Shown piece by piece: positions 7,604-18,339 of a stretch of 58,105 nucleotides of DNA. The position numbers and the translations under genes are program-made. The number at the start of each line of letters is the position of its first letter. The stretch's first letter is position 1. Below the pieces are notes generated by a model. The model was not told where the DNA came from and made no database searches. It worked only from the letters and a program-made list of their open reading frames with translations. The stretch comes from an uncultured Pseudomonadales bacterium. Its GTDB lineage: Bacteria > Patescibacteriota > Microgenomatia > UBA1400 > MFAQ01. Location of the stretch: assembly GCA_964564895.1 (NCBI GenBank), contig CAZMCB010000003.1:6800-64904 (forward strand), in the 5' to 3' direction.

Positions 7604-9538
7604 ATGCTACGCCGCCTTGCCTCAACTCTTACCATAATTTTCCTCGTTTTTATCTCTCTTTTTTTCGTACCTAAAGTTTTTGCCGCTCCGCCAGCAGAAC
7701 CTTCACCAACCCCAGAAGACTCTGTTGAACTACTCCTTGAACTAGACAATAAAGTTAGTGATAATCCCTTCAATAAAAACCTTGAAGATTTTTGTAAAAA
7801 GCGCACCGGTAACCAAATGAACCTGGAAACCTGGTATTCCGGTAAATGTACTGATGATACTTTCTCTGGAGAAGGTGTGGGGTTTTCTGATATCGTCATT
7901 CTCGATTTAGCCGAAAAGCTTAGCGGCAAAAGTGATCCCGGAAATTCTTTTTCAAGTACTCTACTGAAAGTTTTCAAAAATCTTGACGAGCAAACATACG
8001 ATACTCCCGAAAAACAAGAGATTGCTTTTAACTACGTTCGTCAAGAACTTGTATATGGTAATAGCACCGGACTTATTAGTCAGTCCGGAAAAATAATTGG
8101 TCTACTTTTTCAAAATCCGCCAGCATCTACCAATTCTTATCTTGCTCACGTTACCCAAAACCTCGCCAAACACAAAGTCATCCCTTCGGCTATAGCTGCT
8201 GACTCAGCAAACGGGGCTGGGTTTGATACTTTTTCACCCTTTTTAGGTATCTGGATGGTTATGAGGAATCTCGCCTATCTCGGTCTTGTCGTCTTCTTTG
8301 TCGTTTATGGTTTTATGATGATGTTCCGTATTAATCTTGGCCAAAAAACAGTCATCTCTGTTCAGCTTGCCATACCCAAGCTTATTGTTACTCTTTTGGT
8401 AATCACTTTTTCTTATGCCATCGTCGGCCTAGTATTTGATCTAATGTGGGTATTAATTTATTTTGCTTTAAGTTATCTTGCTAGCCAAGGCTTGATTGTT
8501 TTTGGACCTACTTGGCATCCGGCCGTCACCGCTTCTGGCGCTGGTTTCTTTGGTTTGTTTGGTTCGCTTATTCTTAATGCTGTTATTTCCGGACCGGCGG
8601 CCATTTTTGGCGTCCTCAATCTCGTACTTGGTGGTCTAGGTGCTGCTGCTGGCACCATTGCTGGCTACTTTGGTATGATCAATTTTATTGTTGGACTCTT
8701 TGTCATGATTGCTGTTCTTATCTCTTACGGCAAACTTTTCTTTAAACTAATTACCGCTTTCGTCTCTGTTATTATTTCGCTTGTTATTGCCCCTTTAATG
8801 CTTCTCGGCAACGCTTTTCCTGGTTCGGGTACCATCGGCAACTGGCTAAGAAATATTGTCGCCAATCTTGCAGTCTTCCCTGTCACCATGATTCTACTTC
8901 TATTCTCTTATCTACTTATGATTCAACCACTTGTTGGTATTTGCACAAATACTACAAATAATGGATTGACTCTTGTCAATGATGTACTAAATAAAATCGG
9001 TGTTCCCAATATTGATATTGTCGGTATGGGCCCGTGTGAAAAACTCTTTGGGGTAAAAAGTCTTGTAGGAAGTAATGTAGCAATTACGGGCATCCCCCTA
9101 ATTACTCCCACTTCATTAACCTTTGGCGATAATAATAATAATATTATTAATGGTATTGATGCCAGAGGACTTCTTGCACTCGTTGGCGTCGGTCTCCTAC
9201 TTATGTCAGCCAAGTATGTGGAAATGGTGAAAGACGCTCTCAAAGTCCCTGCCTTTAAGTATGGCTCAGCTATTAGCGATGCTCTCACTCAGTCCAGAGG
9301 TTTTGTTTCGGATGCCAGAAAAGGAATCCAACAAATCTCGACCACCAGAACTGCTGGAGGTCAACCTGGAGGATCCAACACCTCTCAAACGCAAATCTCG
9401 ACCACCAGAACAGCTGGAGGTCAACCTGGAGGATCCAACACCTCCCAAACAGTGTCTACTAACCGACAAACTGTAACAAATCCCAATCCTGCATCGTCCA
9501 CTGCTCAAACAGCAGGAACTCCTCCTCCCATTCATTAA
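7604..9538 (+). CDS. Polytopic membrane protein, VirB6/TrbL-like
   Basis: Signal peptide, soluble N-domain, then about 6-7 TM helices (WMVMRNLAY...PKLIVTLLVITFSYAI...GNWLRNIVANLAVFP); T4SS context. Confidence 0.55.
   Translation: MLRRLASTLTIIFLVFISLFFVPKVFAAPPAEPSPTPEDSVELLLELDNKVSDNPFNKNLEDFCKKRTGNQMNLETWYSGKCTDDTFSGEGVGFSDIVILDLAEKLSGKSDPGNSFSSTLLKVFKNLDEQTYDTPEKQEIAFNYVRQELVYGNSTGLISQSGKIIGLLFQNPPASTNSYLAHVTQNLAKHKVIPSAIAADSANGAGFDTFSPFLGIWMVMRNLAYLGLVVFFVVYGFMMMFRINLGQKTVISVQLAIPKLIVTLLVITFSYAIVGLVFDLMWVLIYFALSYLASQGLIVFGPTWHPAVTASGAGFFGLFGSLILNAVISGPAAIFGVLNLVLGGLGAAAGTIAGYFGMINFIVGLFVMIAVLISYGKLFFKLITAFVSVIISLVIAPLMLLGNAFPGSGTIGNWLRNIVANLAVFPVTMILLLFSYLLMIQPLVGICTNTTNNGLTLVNDVLNKIGVPNIDIVGMGPCEKLFGVKSLVGSNVAITGIPLITPTSLTFGDNNNNIINGIDARGLLALVGVGLLLMSAKYVEMVKDALKVPAFKYGSAISDALTQSRGFVSDARKGIQQISTTRTAGGQPGGSNTSQTQISTTRTAGGQPGGSNTSQTVSTNRQTVTNPNPASSTAQTAGTPPPIH
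9331..9450 (+). repeat. 2 x 60-bp in-frame tandem repeat
   Basis: 9331-9390 and 9391-9450 differ at 3 positions; encode QISTTRTAGGQPGGSNTSQT twice. Confidence 0.95.
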
Positions 9539-9597
9539 AGTAAATTTAGTCAAGCATACAGAAAACATTCTGGCATTTTTTTCGCCCCAAAAAGGAA

Positions 9598-12087
9598 TTA
9601 AGGTTTCGTTATTATATCGATAAACTTGCCAAGCATATCTCCGGCTACTCCCAACACTTCTCTTCTTCCTTGAGGCTCACCCATAAGTTTCTTTCCGACC
9701 GTTTTGATATTACTCATTTCTTTTTCCCTGGCAGTTATTGGTAAACCATATTTCTTCATGAAATCAGTCAGCTCTTTTTCTGACTTAAACAAAAAGCCTG
9801 CTTTTCTATATTCTTCAAGCTCAGTGGCAATCTGTGTTGGGTTCATAGAGTTTGACTTCAAATTAAACTCCACCAAATCACCCAGTCTTTCTACAAGATA
9901 CTGTTCTCTGTTGATTGTTATTGTGTCTGGTTCCCCATTTGGCTTTAAAATCACCTTTCCATCACTGCCCACCTTTTCTCTACTTTTAATATAAATCGGA
10001 TAGTAATCAACCCCAATTACACTCTGGAACCCTTTAAAGCTAGGTGAACCGATAAAGGTTCTTTCTTTTGACATGGTACTGGATATTCTTCCGATATCGT
10101 CCATCCATACATTAAACTTAATTTCATTGTCTATACATACTTTTCCTGGCTCTTCTACTCCCAATCTCAAATTTCTTAAAGCATCAACTGTTAGCATGGC
10201 ATATTTCCTAGGTGGAATTCGTGCCTCAATATCCATCTTCAATCTAATTTCTTTCTTGTAAGTAAATTTGTTTTTCAACTCCTCGGGTGCGTCGCTCTTC
10301 TCTGCTTTTTTCCAAATATTTTCCCAGAAACTGCTGATACCTGGGTCTAGGTGTTTCAATAGTTCCGGCCAGTATCTTAATCTATAGGTTCCATCCAAAG
10401 CGGAGTCCACTGCACCTCCAAAATCCCTTCTTCTATTCAAAGCCCCTCTATAGAAGTCACCGTTGTTTTCATCATCATTCTTTTTCATCACCCAAGAGTT
10501 TCCTTTATCAGGGTCTTGAATGGGGTGTCCTGAAATTCCATAGCGAGCTTCGCCGCCAGTCACTCTGTAAAGATCTCGTGCTATTAGGTAATTAAGTCTT
10601 CCACCCCCTACTTCTCCCAGAATTTTTGCTTCCAAAGATGGTTTCTCCAGCACAAAAAACTGACCTGGTACTTCGTGATAAATTCTTCTGGCTTCTTCGT
10701 CAATTGCCGCCAAATCTTGCGTTACAAAATCATTATCTGTTTTTCTCTTTGAGAGTCTATCTTGAAGATGAATTAGAGTGTCAAAATTTTGTCCTTTCAA
10801 CAAAGCCGCGTACTCTGTCATACTCTTGTCCACCGAGTCTCTGTTGTTGATCATAATTCTCAAATCATGCAAAATTCCAATATCAAACAGCTCTTTTTCC
10901 AGCACACCGGATAGTTCCTCACCATCAGCACCAACGGCCTTCATATTCAAAAGCAATTTTGACAATTCAAAATCAGGTGTTTTTTGGTAAAAATTTACCA
11001 TATTTCCACCGGAGTCATACTTCTTCTCAAGTTCTGCATAGTAGTGTTCCACAGCCTCTCTTAACTCTGGCCTCATCTCTCCTCTATCTTTGTAAGCTTG
11101 AATTTCTATGTTTTCCGCCACTCTCAGTTCTTCTATTGCTGCCTCAACTTCTTTAATTTCGGCAATTGAAGCTCCTTTTTTCTCAAGTGACAATTTTAAG
11201 CTGTTAAGTGACTTTTTCTTGGCCAATGAACCTTCGTAACCGCTAATGTTTTTCAACTGTTCCTCTATACTATTTTTTTTTGCAGGTTTATTCTCCGGTT
11301 GAGTTTCTGATGCTTTTTTATGTTCTTCAGCTTTTACGATTATGACATCTTCGTCTCTGAGAATATCTTCCTCTTTAATACCCACATACTCCGCCAAGGC
11401 TTGTTCTTCGTCACTTAAGTCTTTCTCTGCTCGCATCTTATTAATAATTCTCAATAAGAATTTTTTTCTATTGTTTAGTTCATTTAGAGATTCTTTGCTG
11501 TTTACTTCGATTTTTAAGTAGTCTTTTGTATCAATTCCTTGTTCTTTAAGTCTATCTATTGCTGGGTAAACATTCTCTTGCATATACTCTTCCCGTTTCA
11601 CAGGGCTTCCACCATGTGCTATTTCTGCTGGTACAGCTCCAAAAGCCATATCCAAGTCTTCGCTAATTTGTCTTTTTCTCTGTAATTCTTCCTCTTCTGC
11701 TTTACTATCCCTTTCTTTTTTATCGGGTTTTTCTTCAGTTTTTTCTTCCTCTTTTTTAACAATGTTTAGACACCAGTCACTTAACTCATTAATTTTCCTT
11801 AGTCCTTCTTCAGTATCTTGATCTAAGCCTTCCTTGTCTACCGCCTCCGCAAACTTTTCCGGGTACTCAACTTTAAGCAAATCTTGAATTTTTTCTTCTC
11901 GGGTAAGAGGTCTTCCAAACGCCAACTCTTTGAGCTTCATCCCTTTTCTTGCTTTCACTATCTCAGGTCCCATCAACTCTTCAAAATGTTTTTCTTTTTC
12001 TGCATGAGAAATTTCTGTCGTACCACCCGAACCGCTATCGTCTCTTGAGAAAAAGCGTCCTCTTTCAAACCCCGAATTTGTTTCCAT
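9598..12087 (-). CDS. Large highly charged hypothetical protein
   Basis: 829-aa ORF, E/K-rich, no TM or signal, no recognised motif; TG-c-TATAAT upstream on the minus strand (12126-12134). Confidence 0.75.
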   Translation of the reverse strand: METNSGFERGRFFSRDDSGSGGTTEISHAEKEKHFEELMGPEIVKARKGMKLKELAFGRPLTREEKIQDLLKVEYPEKFAEAVDKEGLDQDTEEGLRKINELSDWCLNIVKKEEEKTEEKPDKKERDSKAEEEELQRKRQISEDLDMAFGAVPAEIAHGGSPVKREEYMQENVYPAIDRLKEQGIDTKDYLKIEVNSKESLNELNNRKKFLLRIINKMRAEKDLSDEEQALAEYVGIKEEDILRDEDVIIVKAEEHKKASETQPENKPAKKNSIEEQLKNISGYEGSLAKKKSLNSLKLSLEKKGASIAEIKEVEAAIEELRVAENIEIQAYKDRGEMRPELREAVEHYYAELEKKYDSGGNMVNFYQKTPDFELSKLLLNMKAVGADGEELSGVLEKELFDIGILHDLRIMINNRDSVDKSMTEYAALLKGQNFDTLIHLQDRLSKRKTDNDFVTQDLAAIDEEARRIYHEVPGQFFVLEKPSLEAKILGEVGGGRLNYLIARDLYRVTGGEARYGISGHPIQDPDKGNSWVMKKNDDENNGDFYRGALNRRRDFGGAVDSALDGTYRLRYWPELLKHLDPGISSFWENIWKKAEKSDAPEELKNKFTYKKEIRLKMDIEARIPPRKYAMLTVDALRNLRLGVEEPGKVCIDNEIKFNVWMDDIGRISSTMSKERTFIGSPSFKGFQSVIGVDYYPIYIKSREKVGSDGKVILKPNGEPDTITINREQYLVERLGDLVEFNLKSNSMNPTQIATELEEYRKAGFLFKSEKELTDFMKKYGLPITAREKEMSNIKTVGKKLMGEPQGRREVLGVAGDMLGKFIDIITKP

Positions 12088-12180
12088 TTTGGATAGATGA
12101 TATTTATAGCCCTATAACTGTCTAAATTATAGCATCAATCTGTCGTTTCGCCACAAATTCGCTATACTAGATGTAGACTT

Positions 12181-13035
12181 ATGGCTATTCAACAGCATCC
12201 ACTACCCCAAGACATTAGTAGCTACCGCTTCAGGCTCATTGGTGACATGACCCTCAAACAGTTTGCTTCTCTAGGAATTTGCATTATTCTGGCAATTATT
12301 TCTTACAGTCTTCCTTTGCCTTTTTTCTTCAAATATCCCATTGTTTTTGCCTTTCTATTGCTTGGAGTCGGCATGGCTTTTGTCCCAGTTCAGGGGCGCT
12401 CTCTTGATATCTGGCTAGTTGCCTTTATAAAATCCATCTACTCACCTACTCAATACACATGGAAAAGAACCCTTGCCGAAACAACGAGCTCCGAAACCGC
12501 AGTTCCTACCAAAGAAAACAACCTAGCTGTTGCTCAGCCGGAAACAAATGCCAGAATTGAACTAACTCAAGCACCTGTCGCCCCACAGCCAGCAGCTCCA
12601 AATCCAGTTATCACAACCGAGCCAGAAATCACCATTAAAGAATCTCCCTCTCCTGTTGAAAAACCCTCGACGACTCCTCAACCTACGTCCCAACCCATTC
12701 CCCAACCACAAACTCAACCAGCACCAGCCACTCAAGCTCCTGTTCCCTCAGTCAATCTTCCCATTCCTTTTACTCCAACAACCCCAAATACTTTAGTTGG
12801 TCTTACTCTCACAAACACAGGGCATATTCTCGACTCAGTCATGGTAGAAATCAAAAAAGACAACCTCACTCTTAGAGCAACCAAAAGCAACAAGCTTGGC
12901 CAATTTATGTTTGCGAGACCCCTAGACTCGGGGCTTTTCCAAATTCTTGCTGAAAAAGAAGGTTTTTCTTTTGCTCCTTACTCACTTCAGTTAACTGGAG
13001 AAATTGTCAAACCTCTAAAAATTCAAGCCCAATAA
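12181..13035 (+). CDS. PrgI-family (VirB3-like) protein with Pro-rich linker and C-terminal beta-domain
   Basis: QHPLPQDISSYRFRLIGDMTLKQF plus two TM helices typical of PrgI; immediately upstream of VirB4. Confidence 0.75.
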   Translation: MAIQQHPLPQDISSYRFRLIGDMTLKQFASLGICIILAIISYSLPLPFFFKYPIVFAFLLLGVGMAFVPVQGRSLDIWLVAFIKSIYSPTQYTWKRTLAETTSSETAVPTKENNLAVAQPETNARIELTQAPVAPQPAAPNPVITTEPEITIKESPSPVEKPSTTPQPTSQPIPQPQTQPAPATQAPVPSVNLPIPFTPTTPNTLVGLTLTNTGHILDSVMVEIKKDNLTLRATKSNKLGQFMFARPLDSGLFQILAEKEGFSFAPYSLQLTGEIVKPLKIQAQ

Positions 13036-13037
13036 CC

Positions 13038-13679
13038 ATGCCTGACAACATCAAAGCCTCAACCCAAGAACATCTCGATATCTATGCCATTAAAGATCAT
13101 TTGGTGTTTCTTAAAGATGGTTCTGCCGCCTTAGTTTTAAAAACAACTGCCATAAACTTCAATCTTCTTTCAGAAGAAGAGCAAGATGCCATCATTTATG
13201 CCTATGCTGGTCTATTAAACTCGCTCTCCTTCCCAATTCAAATTCTTATTCGCTCCCAAAGAAAAAACATCTCAGATTATCTTGGTCTTATCGACACGAG
13301 AATTCAATCAACTTCATCTCAAAAAATCAAAGAGCAGCTTCTTGCCTATCGTCAATTTGTAAAGTCACTAGTCAAAGAAAATCGCGTGTTAGAAAAAAAA
13401 TTCTACGTCGTTATTCCTTTCTCGGCAGTAGAACTAGGTATTTCCAAGTCGACCTTTAATCCATTTACCAAAGCTCCTCAGAAACCTCCCTTTGACTTAG
13501 TTTATATTGAAGAAAAGGCCTCAACCACACTCTATCCGCGCCGAGACCACCTGATTCGCCAGTTCGCCCGCTTAGGTCTCAAGGCCTCACAACTAACAAC
13601 CAGCGAGTTAGTTACTTTCTTTTACTCCATCTACAATCAAGGTACTTCCTCTCAATCAATTCCACCTACCCAACCATAA
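13038..13679 (+). CDS. T4SS-associated protein resembling the VirB4/TraC N-terminal region
   Basis: STQEHLDIYAIKDHLVFLKDG..AINFNLLSEEEQDAIIYAY..LNSLSFPIQI; lies between prgI and virB4. Confidence 0.55.
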   Translation: MPDNIKASTQEHLDIYAIKDHLVFLKDGSAALVLKTTAINFNLLSEEEQDAIIYAYAGLLNSLSFPIQILIRSQRKNISDYLGLIDTRIQSTSSQKIKEQLLAYRQFVKSLVKENRVLEKKFYVVIPFSAVELGISKSTFNPFTKAPQKPPFDLVYIEEKASTTLYPRRDHLIRQFARLGLKASQLTTSELVTFFYSIYNQGTSSQSIPPTQP

Positions 13680-13706
13680 ATTACCCTCTTTCGGTTATAC
13701 TTAATC

Positions 13707-15551
13707 ATGGGTTTAAATCTCTTTTCTCTTGGTGCCAAAAAGACTCAAACTACAGCCACACCTGTGGTTTCCCAAGACACACCCAAACAAGAAAAACCTC
13801 GAGCTCCTCTCTCAGCAATAAAAGACACCGCCAACGCCACTTCAATTCAAGATGTCTTAGCTCCATCTGCTATAGAGGTTGATTTTTCTTTTATCAAAAT
13901 CGACGATAACTACATCCGTACTCTATTCGTTACTGGCTACCCTCGATATGTCTCTGCCAACTGGCTTGCCCCTCTTGTTAACTTCAATCATTCGCTCGAT
14001 ATTTCCATGTACGTTTATCCTAGCGACTCCAAAGACACTCTTGATAATCTCCGTCGACGCCTTGCGGAGATGGAAGCCGAAATTAATACCGACATAGAAA
14101 GAGGTCGTATTCCTCAAGCGGCCACAGAAGCAGCTCTAGAAGACGCTAAAACCCTCCAAGAACAGCTTGTCAAAGGAGCCGAACGTTTCTTTCAATTCTC
14201 TCTTTACATCAGTATTTCCGCCGAGTCCGAGAAAGAGCTAAATACTGTCACTTCACAAGTTCAAAGTATGCTTGCCTCACTTCTTATCATTAGTAAAGTT
14301 GCCTCCCTTTCTATGGAAGATGCCTTCAAAACCACACTTCCGTACTGCAAAGACAAACTAATGATTACCAGAAACATGGACACCACCGCCCTGTCCACCA
14401 CTTTTCCATTTACAAGCTCAGAACTCTCCGACAACCAAGGAATTCTCTACGGCATCAATGCTCACAACGATTCTTTGGTAATCTTTGATCGTTTCTCCCT
14501 AGAAAACGCCAACATGCTAGTTTTGGCTACAGCAGGTGCCGGAAAGTCTTATGCTGTCAAGCTTGAAATTCTTCGGTCTCTTATGTTTGACACTCAAATA
14601 ATTATTCTCGACCCAGAAAACGAATACGAGATGGTTACCAAGGCTGTCGGAGGAAACTATATTTCATTCTCGTCCACTTCTCCTCACAAAATTAATCCTT
14701 TTCAGATTGCTCGTCCGGCTGAAAGTACTGAAGACGAAATGGGTTACAAATATCTCTTTCTTATGTCTCTACTTAAAATCATGATTGGTGAGATGTCACC
14801 TATGGAAGAGGCTACTATGAATCGAGCTCTAGTTCTCACTTATCGCCAAAAAAATATCACCGAAGACCCTGCCACTCACACTCAAGAACCACCCCGTATG
14901 GAAGATCTCTATCGCGCCATTATTGGTATGGAAGATGCCACAGCGAAAACTCTAGCTGCCAGACTTGAGCGTTACGTCATGGGTAGTATTAAAGGCACTT
15001 TTGACCAACAATCAAATATCAATATCGACGCTCCTGTTACTGTTTTCTCCATGCGTGATCTTGCTGACGAAATCCGACCAATTGTTATGTTTATGATTCT
15101 AGACTTTGTCTGGACCGAGATCAGAAAGAATCTTCGAAAGAGAATGCTCATTGTTGATGAAGCTTGGTATCTTATGCGTTACGAAGACTCAGCCAAAATT
15201 CTTCAAGGTTTTGTCAAACGTGCACGTAAATACTATCTTGGTGTCACCGTCATTTCTCAAAACGTTGATGATTTCTTAGCCTCACCCTACGGAAAAGCCA
15301 TTATTACCAACTCAGCCCTCAAATTCCTTCTCAAACAATCCTCAGCCGCTATAAACCAAATTGCCGAAGTTTTTTATCTCTCTCAAGGCGAAAAGCAGCT
15401 TCTTGTCTCGGCAGGCGTTGGAGAAGGAATCTTCTTTGCCGGTCAAAACCACGTCGCCATTAGAGTTATTTCTTCACCAGACGAGCATGCTTTAGCCACC
15501 ACCAAACCTTCAGAAATTCTTGAACGTCAAAAACAAGCAGCGACTTTGTAA
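13707..15551 (+). CDS. virB4: VirB4-like T4SS ATPase
   Basis: Walker A ATAGAGKS, IILDPENEY, Walker B LIVDEAW, RARKYYLG..ISQ, GEG motif. Confidence 0.85.
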   Translation: MGLNLFSLGAKKTQTTATPVVSQDTPKQEKPRAPLSAIKDTANATSIQDVLAPSAIEVDFSFIKIDDNYIRTLFVTGYPRYVSANWLAPLVNFNHSLDISMYVYPSDSKDTLDNLRRRLAEMEAEINTDIERGRIPQAATEAALEDAKTLQEQLVKGAERFFQFSLYISISAESEKELNTVTSQVQSMLASLLIISKVASLSMEDAFKTTLPYCKDKLMITRNMDTTALSTTFPFTSSELSDNQGILYGINAHNDSLVIFDRFSLENANMLVLATAGAGKSYAVKLEILRSLMFDTQIIILDPENEYEMVTKAVGGNYISFSSTSPHKINPFQIARPAESTEDEMGYKYLFLMSLLKIMIGEMSPMEEATMNRALVLTYRQKNITEDPATHTQEPPRMEDLYRAIIGMEDATAKTLAARLERYVMGSIKGTFDQQSNINIDAPVTVFSMRDLADEIRPIVMFMILDFVWTEIRKNLRKRMLIVDEAWYLMRYEDSAKILQGFVKRARKYYLGVTVISQNVDDFLASPYGKAIITNSALKFLLKQSSAAINQIAEVFYLSQGEKQLLVSAGVGEGIFFAGQNHVAIRVISSPDEHALATTKPSEILERQKQAATL

Positions 15552-15557
15552 ACTGTT

Positions 15558-18335
15558 ATGCCAACAATAAACAATTTTCCAGAAATTAGATTGCTTCAAT
15601 TATCGTTGCCCTATTTCACAACCAAAGCAGAAAAACTCTCAACTAGTGACTTAAAAACATTAAACAATGTTTATGAATATTACGAAAAAAAATGTGAAAA
15701 AACACTCGGTTATAGTATTGATCCACGAATAACTGATGTTTATTCTTTTCATAAATATGTCAAGACGTCAGAAATAAACAATCTCATTTCAAAACTAATT
15801 GAAGAAGATACCAAAAGAGAGGAAAAAGAAAGAGAGGAAAAGAAAAGAGAGGAAAAAGAAAGAAGGGATCGAGAAATTAAAGAGCAAGAAGTTTCTATTC
15901 CCCCTGAACTTGAATCCTTGGTAGCCGAATACGAACAAAATCAGGCTTTACTTAAAAGCGAAGAGGTTAAGGCCAGTTCTCAAAAATCTGTCGCTATGCA
16001 AGTAAAGATTGCCATTGCCCATACCAAAATAAAAGAACAAGCTCGTTTAAACAGACAAAGGCGCTCTTCAATAGAAAATTTTCAAAAACCAGATGAAGCT
16101 TTTGTAGAGTATGGTTCTCCCAAATCAGGTTCCATCAATTCTGCTCTCTCTCCTTCTTACAAAGCTGTCCAAGAAGTAGCTTATACCTATGGAGGTTTCT
16201 CTGTCCTTCCCCCTGATCTTCAAAACGAAATTATCACCTCAGCGGTTGAGCTAAACACTGTCGGTGTTTCTGATATTGATACTGCCATTCAGGCAGCAAC
16301 TCTGCAAGTTGATATCTCCACCCTCGATGAACCGGTCAGGAAAAATCTCGCTACCATTCCTGGTGGTTTTATCTCATCTGTATACCAAGAAGTTGTTTCT
16401 CTTGACAAAAAAACAACAGAATATGAAACAAAAATATCCAACAATGAACAAGAGTTAGTAAGGCTTCAAAATGAAATCTCCAATCTGCCCGAAAAATCAA
16501 GAATTGCCGAGTCTCTTAAAATCAAAAACATCATTGCAGAAAATGAAAATATTTCTGCTTCCCTCGAAGCACAAGAAACTAGACTAACCAACTCTATCGC
16601 CAAACAAACAGTCGCTTTTAAAGATTTTGAAAAAAATCGAGAATCAAGACTGTCAAGAGACCCTGATCTCAAAGATCGTATCGAGCTTGCGAACAAAACT
16701 GTTTCTACTATTCAAGAAAATCTTGGAAGAAATGTCGAAGCTCATTTATACTCACCTACCGACGATATTCATCTTCTCGAAAAAGCTCTTCGTCATAATC
16801 TTCCTGGCAATCTTCTACCTCATGCTACTTACCAAGCAGAGTATGCTGCCGCACTCATCAACAATCCAAAAACACAAAGTTTAAAACTTTCTCCCCAAGC
16901 CATTCTTCTCTATAGCAAAGATCTTACTCCAGAACTATTAGCCAAAGCTCGTCTGTTTGCCATAAATAATCCCAAATCAGAATTAGGTATTCTTTTTCAA
17001 AACAGAAAGGATCTTTTTGATTCTACAGGTTCTCAATTAAGAAAAATTGCCGGTTCTCCCTTGGCCAAAGAAATATCCGTGTCAAAAACTGGTTTGAGTA
17101 ATGTTTTTTCTTCTGTTTCAAAATCTCTTGGTAAAGTGTCTGACAAAATACCCGGAGGTATTGGTACTATCTTCTCGGTAATCCAAGATCCGTGGGGAAC
17201 ACTTCGTTCTTGGGCGGGTCGAAAAGCTGGAGAAATCATCATTAAACAAATTATCCAAAGCATCACTAACGAATCCTTAAAAAAGGGCGCTGAAATGCTT
17301 CTCAAAAACGGCCTCAAAGAGACCATGAAAAAAATGTTGGTTCAAGCTGCCACTAAAGCCGCAGCCAAAGCTGGTGCTAAAGCAGGTATAAAAGTAGCTC
17401 TTGAAGCTGGTGCCCAAGCCGCCAACGCTGTTCCTGGTCTTGGAATTCTTCTTGCAATAGTCATCGACATCCTTTTTTGGATTGGAGAAAAAGTGATCGG
17501 TGCCATTAAATCTTTCAACAGAGCATTGTATGGCGAAGATGTTAAAACTCGAGACTTTCTCGCCACTCCAGTAATGGCCGTTTCCGGTGTTGTTGGTGGC
17601 GTTATTACTTTTATTTCCAGACTTGGTACTGCCACAGCTGCAGCTGCCAGTTCAGCTCTCGGTACTATCACTGCTGGCATTGTTGTTGGTTTTGTTTTTT
17701 ACATTACTTCAATCGCTGTCGCCCCTCTAATATCTACCCTTGTTCAATTAGAATCAACTCAAAGAACTCAACCCATTAATAGCTGTGCAAATATTGAAGG
17801 TAATTTTATTTCCCAACGCGATCCTATATGGGGAAGCACATACTGTTCAAACTGTACCTCTTCTGGTTCTTGCAGTATTGGTGGATCAGGTTGTAGTAGT
17901 GCTTCGATCACAATGATATTAAATTCGTTCGGTATTGAATCAAGTGTAGTAGATATTTGGAATTTACAACACAACACAGGAGGTTATTACTACTACGATG
18001 AAGATAAAGAGGAAGATACTTCGATCCCCTTTTTTGGTTGTGGAGGAACAGCTGAAGGTGCAATAGATATTCTTAGTGACAAAAGTCTTGCTGTTACAAA
18101 TATTGGAACCAACTTAGATGAAGCTGATAGGGTTCTTTCTGAATGCGGACTAATTCTAACCCTTGGTTATATGGCTTGCGAAAATGGTAGTTTGGCGTGT
18201 GGACATTTTATTGTTATAAATGGCCACAATGGCGATCAAATTACAACTATGGATCCTTGGAAACTAGAAGAGAACTTTGTTCACACTCTTGGTAGCACTT
18301 TTCAAATTAGACAGATGTGGGCTGTAGTACCATAA
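15558..18335 (+). CDS. Large coiled-coil/membrane protein with C-terminal C39-like cysteine peptidase domain
   Basis: Helical N-region, Ala/Lys-rich and hydrophobic segments, then SQRDPIWG...GSGCSSASITMIL...GHFIVING...MDPW (Cys-His-Asp). Confidence 0.65.
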   Translation: MPTINNFPEIRLLQLSLPYFTTKAEKLSTSDLKTLNNVYEYYEKKCEKTLGYSIDPRITDVYSFHKYVKTSEINNLISKLIEEDTKREEKEREEKKREEKERRDREIKEQEVSIPPELESLVAEYEQNQALLKSEEVKASSQKSVAMQVKIAIAHTKIKEQARLNRQRRSSIENFQKPDEAFVEYGSPKSGSINSALSPSYKAVQEVAYTYGGFSVLPPDLQNEIITSAVELNTVGVSDIDTAIQAATLQVDISTLDEPVRKNLATIPGGFISSVYQEVVSLDKKTTEYETKISNNEQELVRLQNEISNLPEKSRIAESLKIKNIIAENENISASLEAQETRLTNSIAKQTVAFKDFEKNRESRLSRDPDLKDRIELANKTVSTIQENLGRNVEAHLYSPTDDIHLLEKALRHNLPGNLLPHATYQAEYAAALINNPKTQSLKLSPQAILLYSKDLTPELLAKARLFAINNPKSELGILFQNRKDLFDSTGSQLRKIAGSPLAKEISVSKTGLSNVFSSVSKSLGKVSDKIPGGIGTIFSVIQDPWGTLRSWAGRKAGEIIIKQIIQSITNESLKKGAEMLLKNGLKETMKKMLVQAATKAAAKAGAKAGIKVALEAGAQAANAVPGLGILLAIVIDILFWIGEKVIGAIKSFNRALYGEDVKTRDFLATPVMAVSGVVGGVITFISRLGTATAAAASSALGTITAGIVVGFVFYITSIAVAPLISTLVQLESTQRTQPINSCANIEGNFISQRDPIWGSTYCSNCTSSGSCSIGGSGCSSASITMILNSFGIESSVVDIWNLQHNTGGYYYYDEDKEEDTSIPFFGCGGTAEGAIDILSDKSLAVTNIGTNLDEADRVLSECGLILTLGYMACENGSLACGHFIVINGHNGDQITTMDPWKLEENFVHTLGSTFQIRQMWAVVP

Positions 18336-18339
18336 ATAT

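Noticed and set aside
14521-14550. VirB4 Walker A begins with Ala (ATAGAGKS): possible inactive ATPase
   Set aside because: GKS, Walker B DEAW and downstream motifs are intact; A-x4-GKS fits the P-loop consensus [AG]x4GK[ST].
15823-15866. AGAGAGGAAAA short repeats (KREEKEREEKKREEKERR) as a phase-variation tract
   Set aside because: Units are 15 nt, in frame and imperfect; a simple charged-helix expansion.
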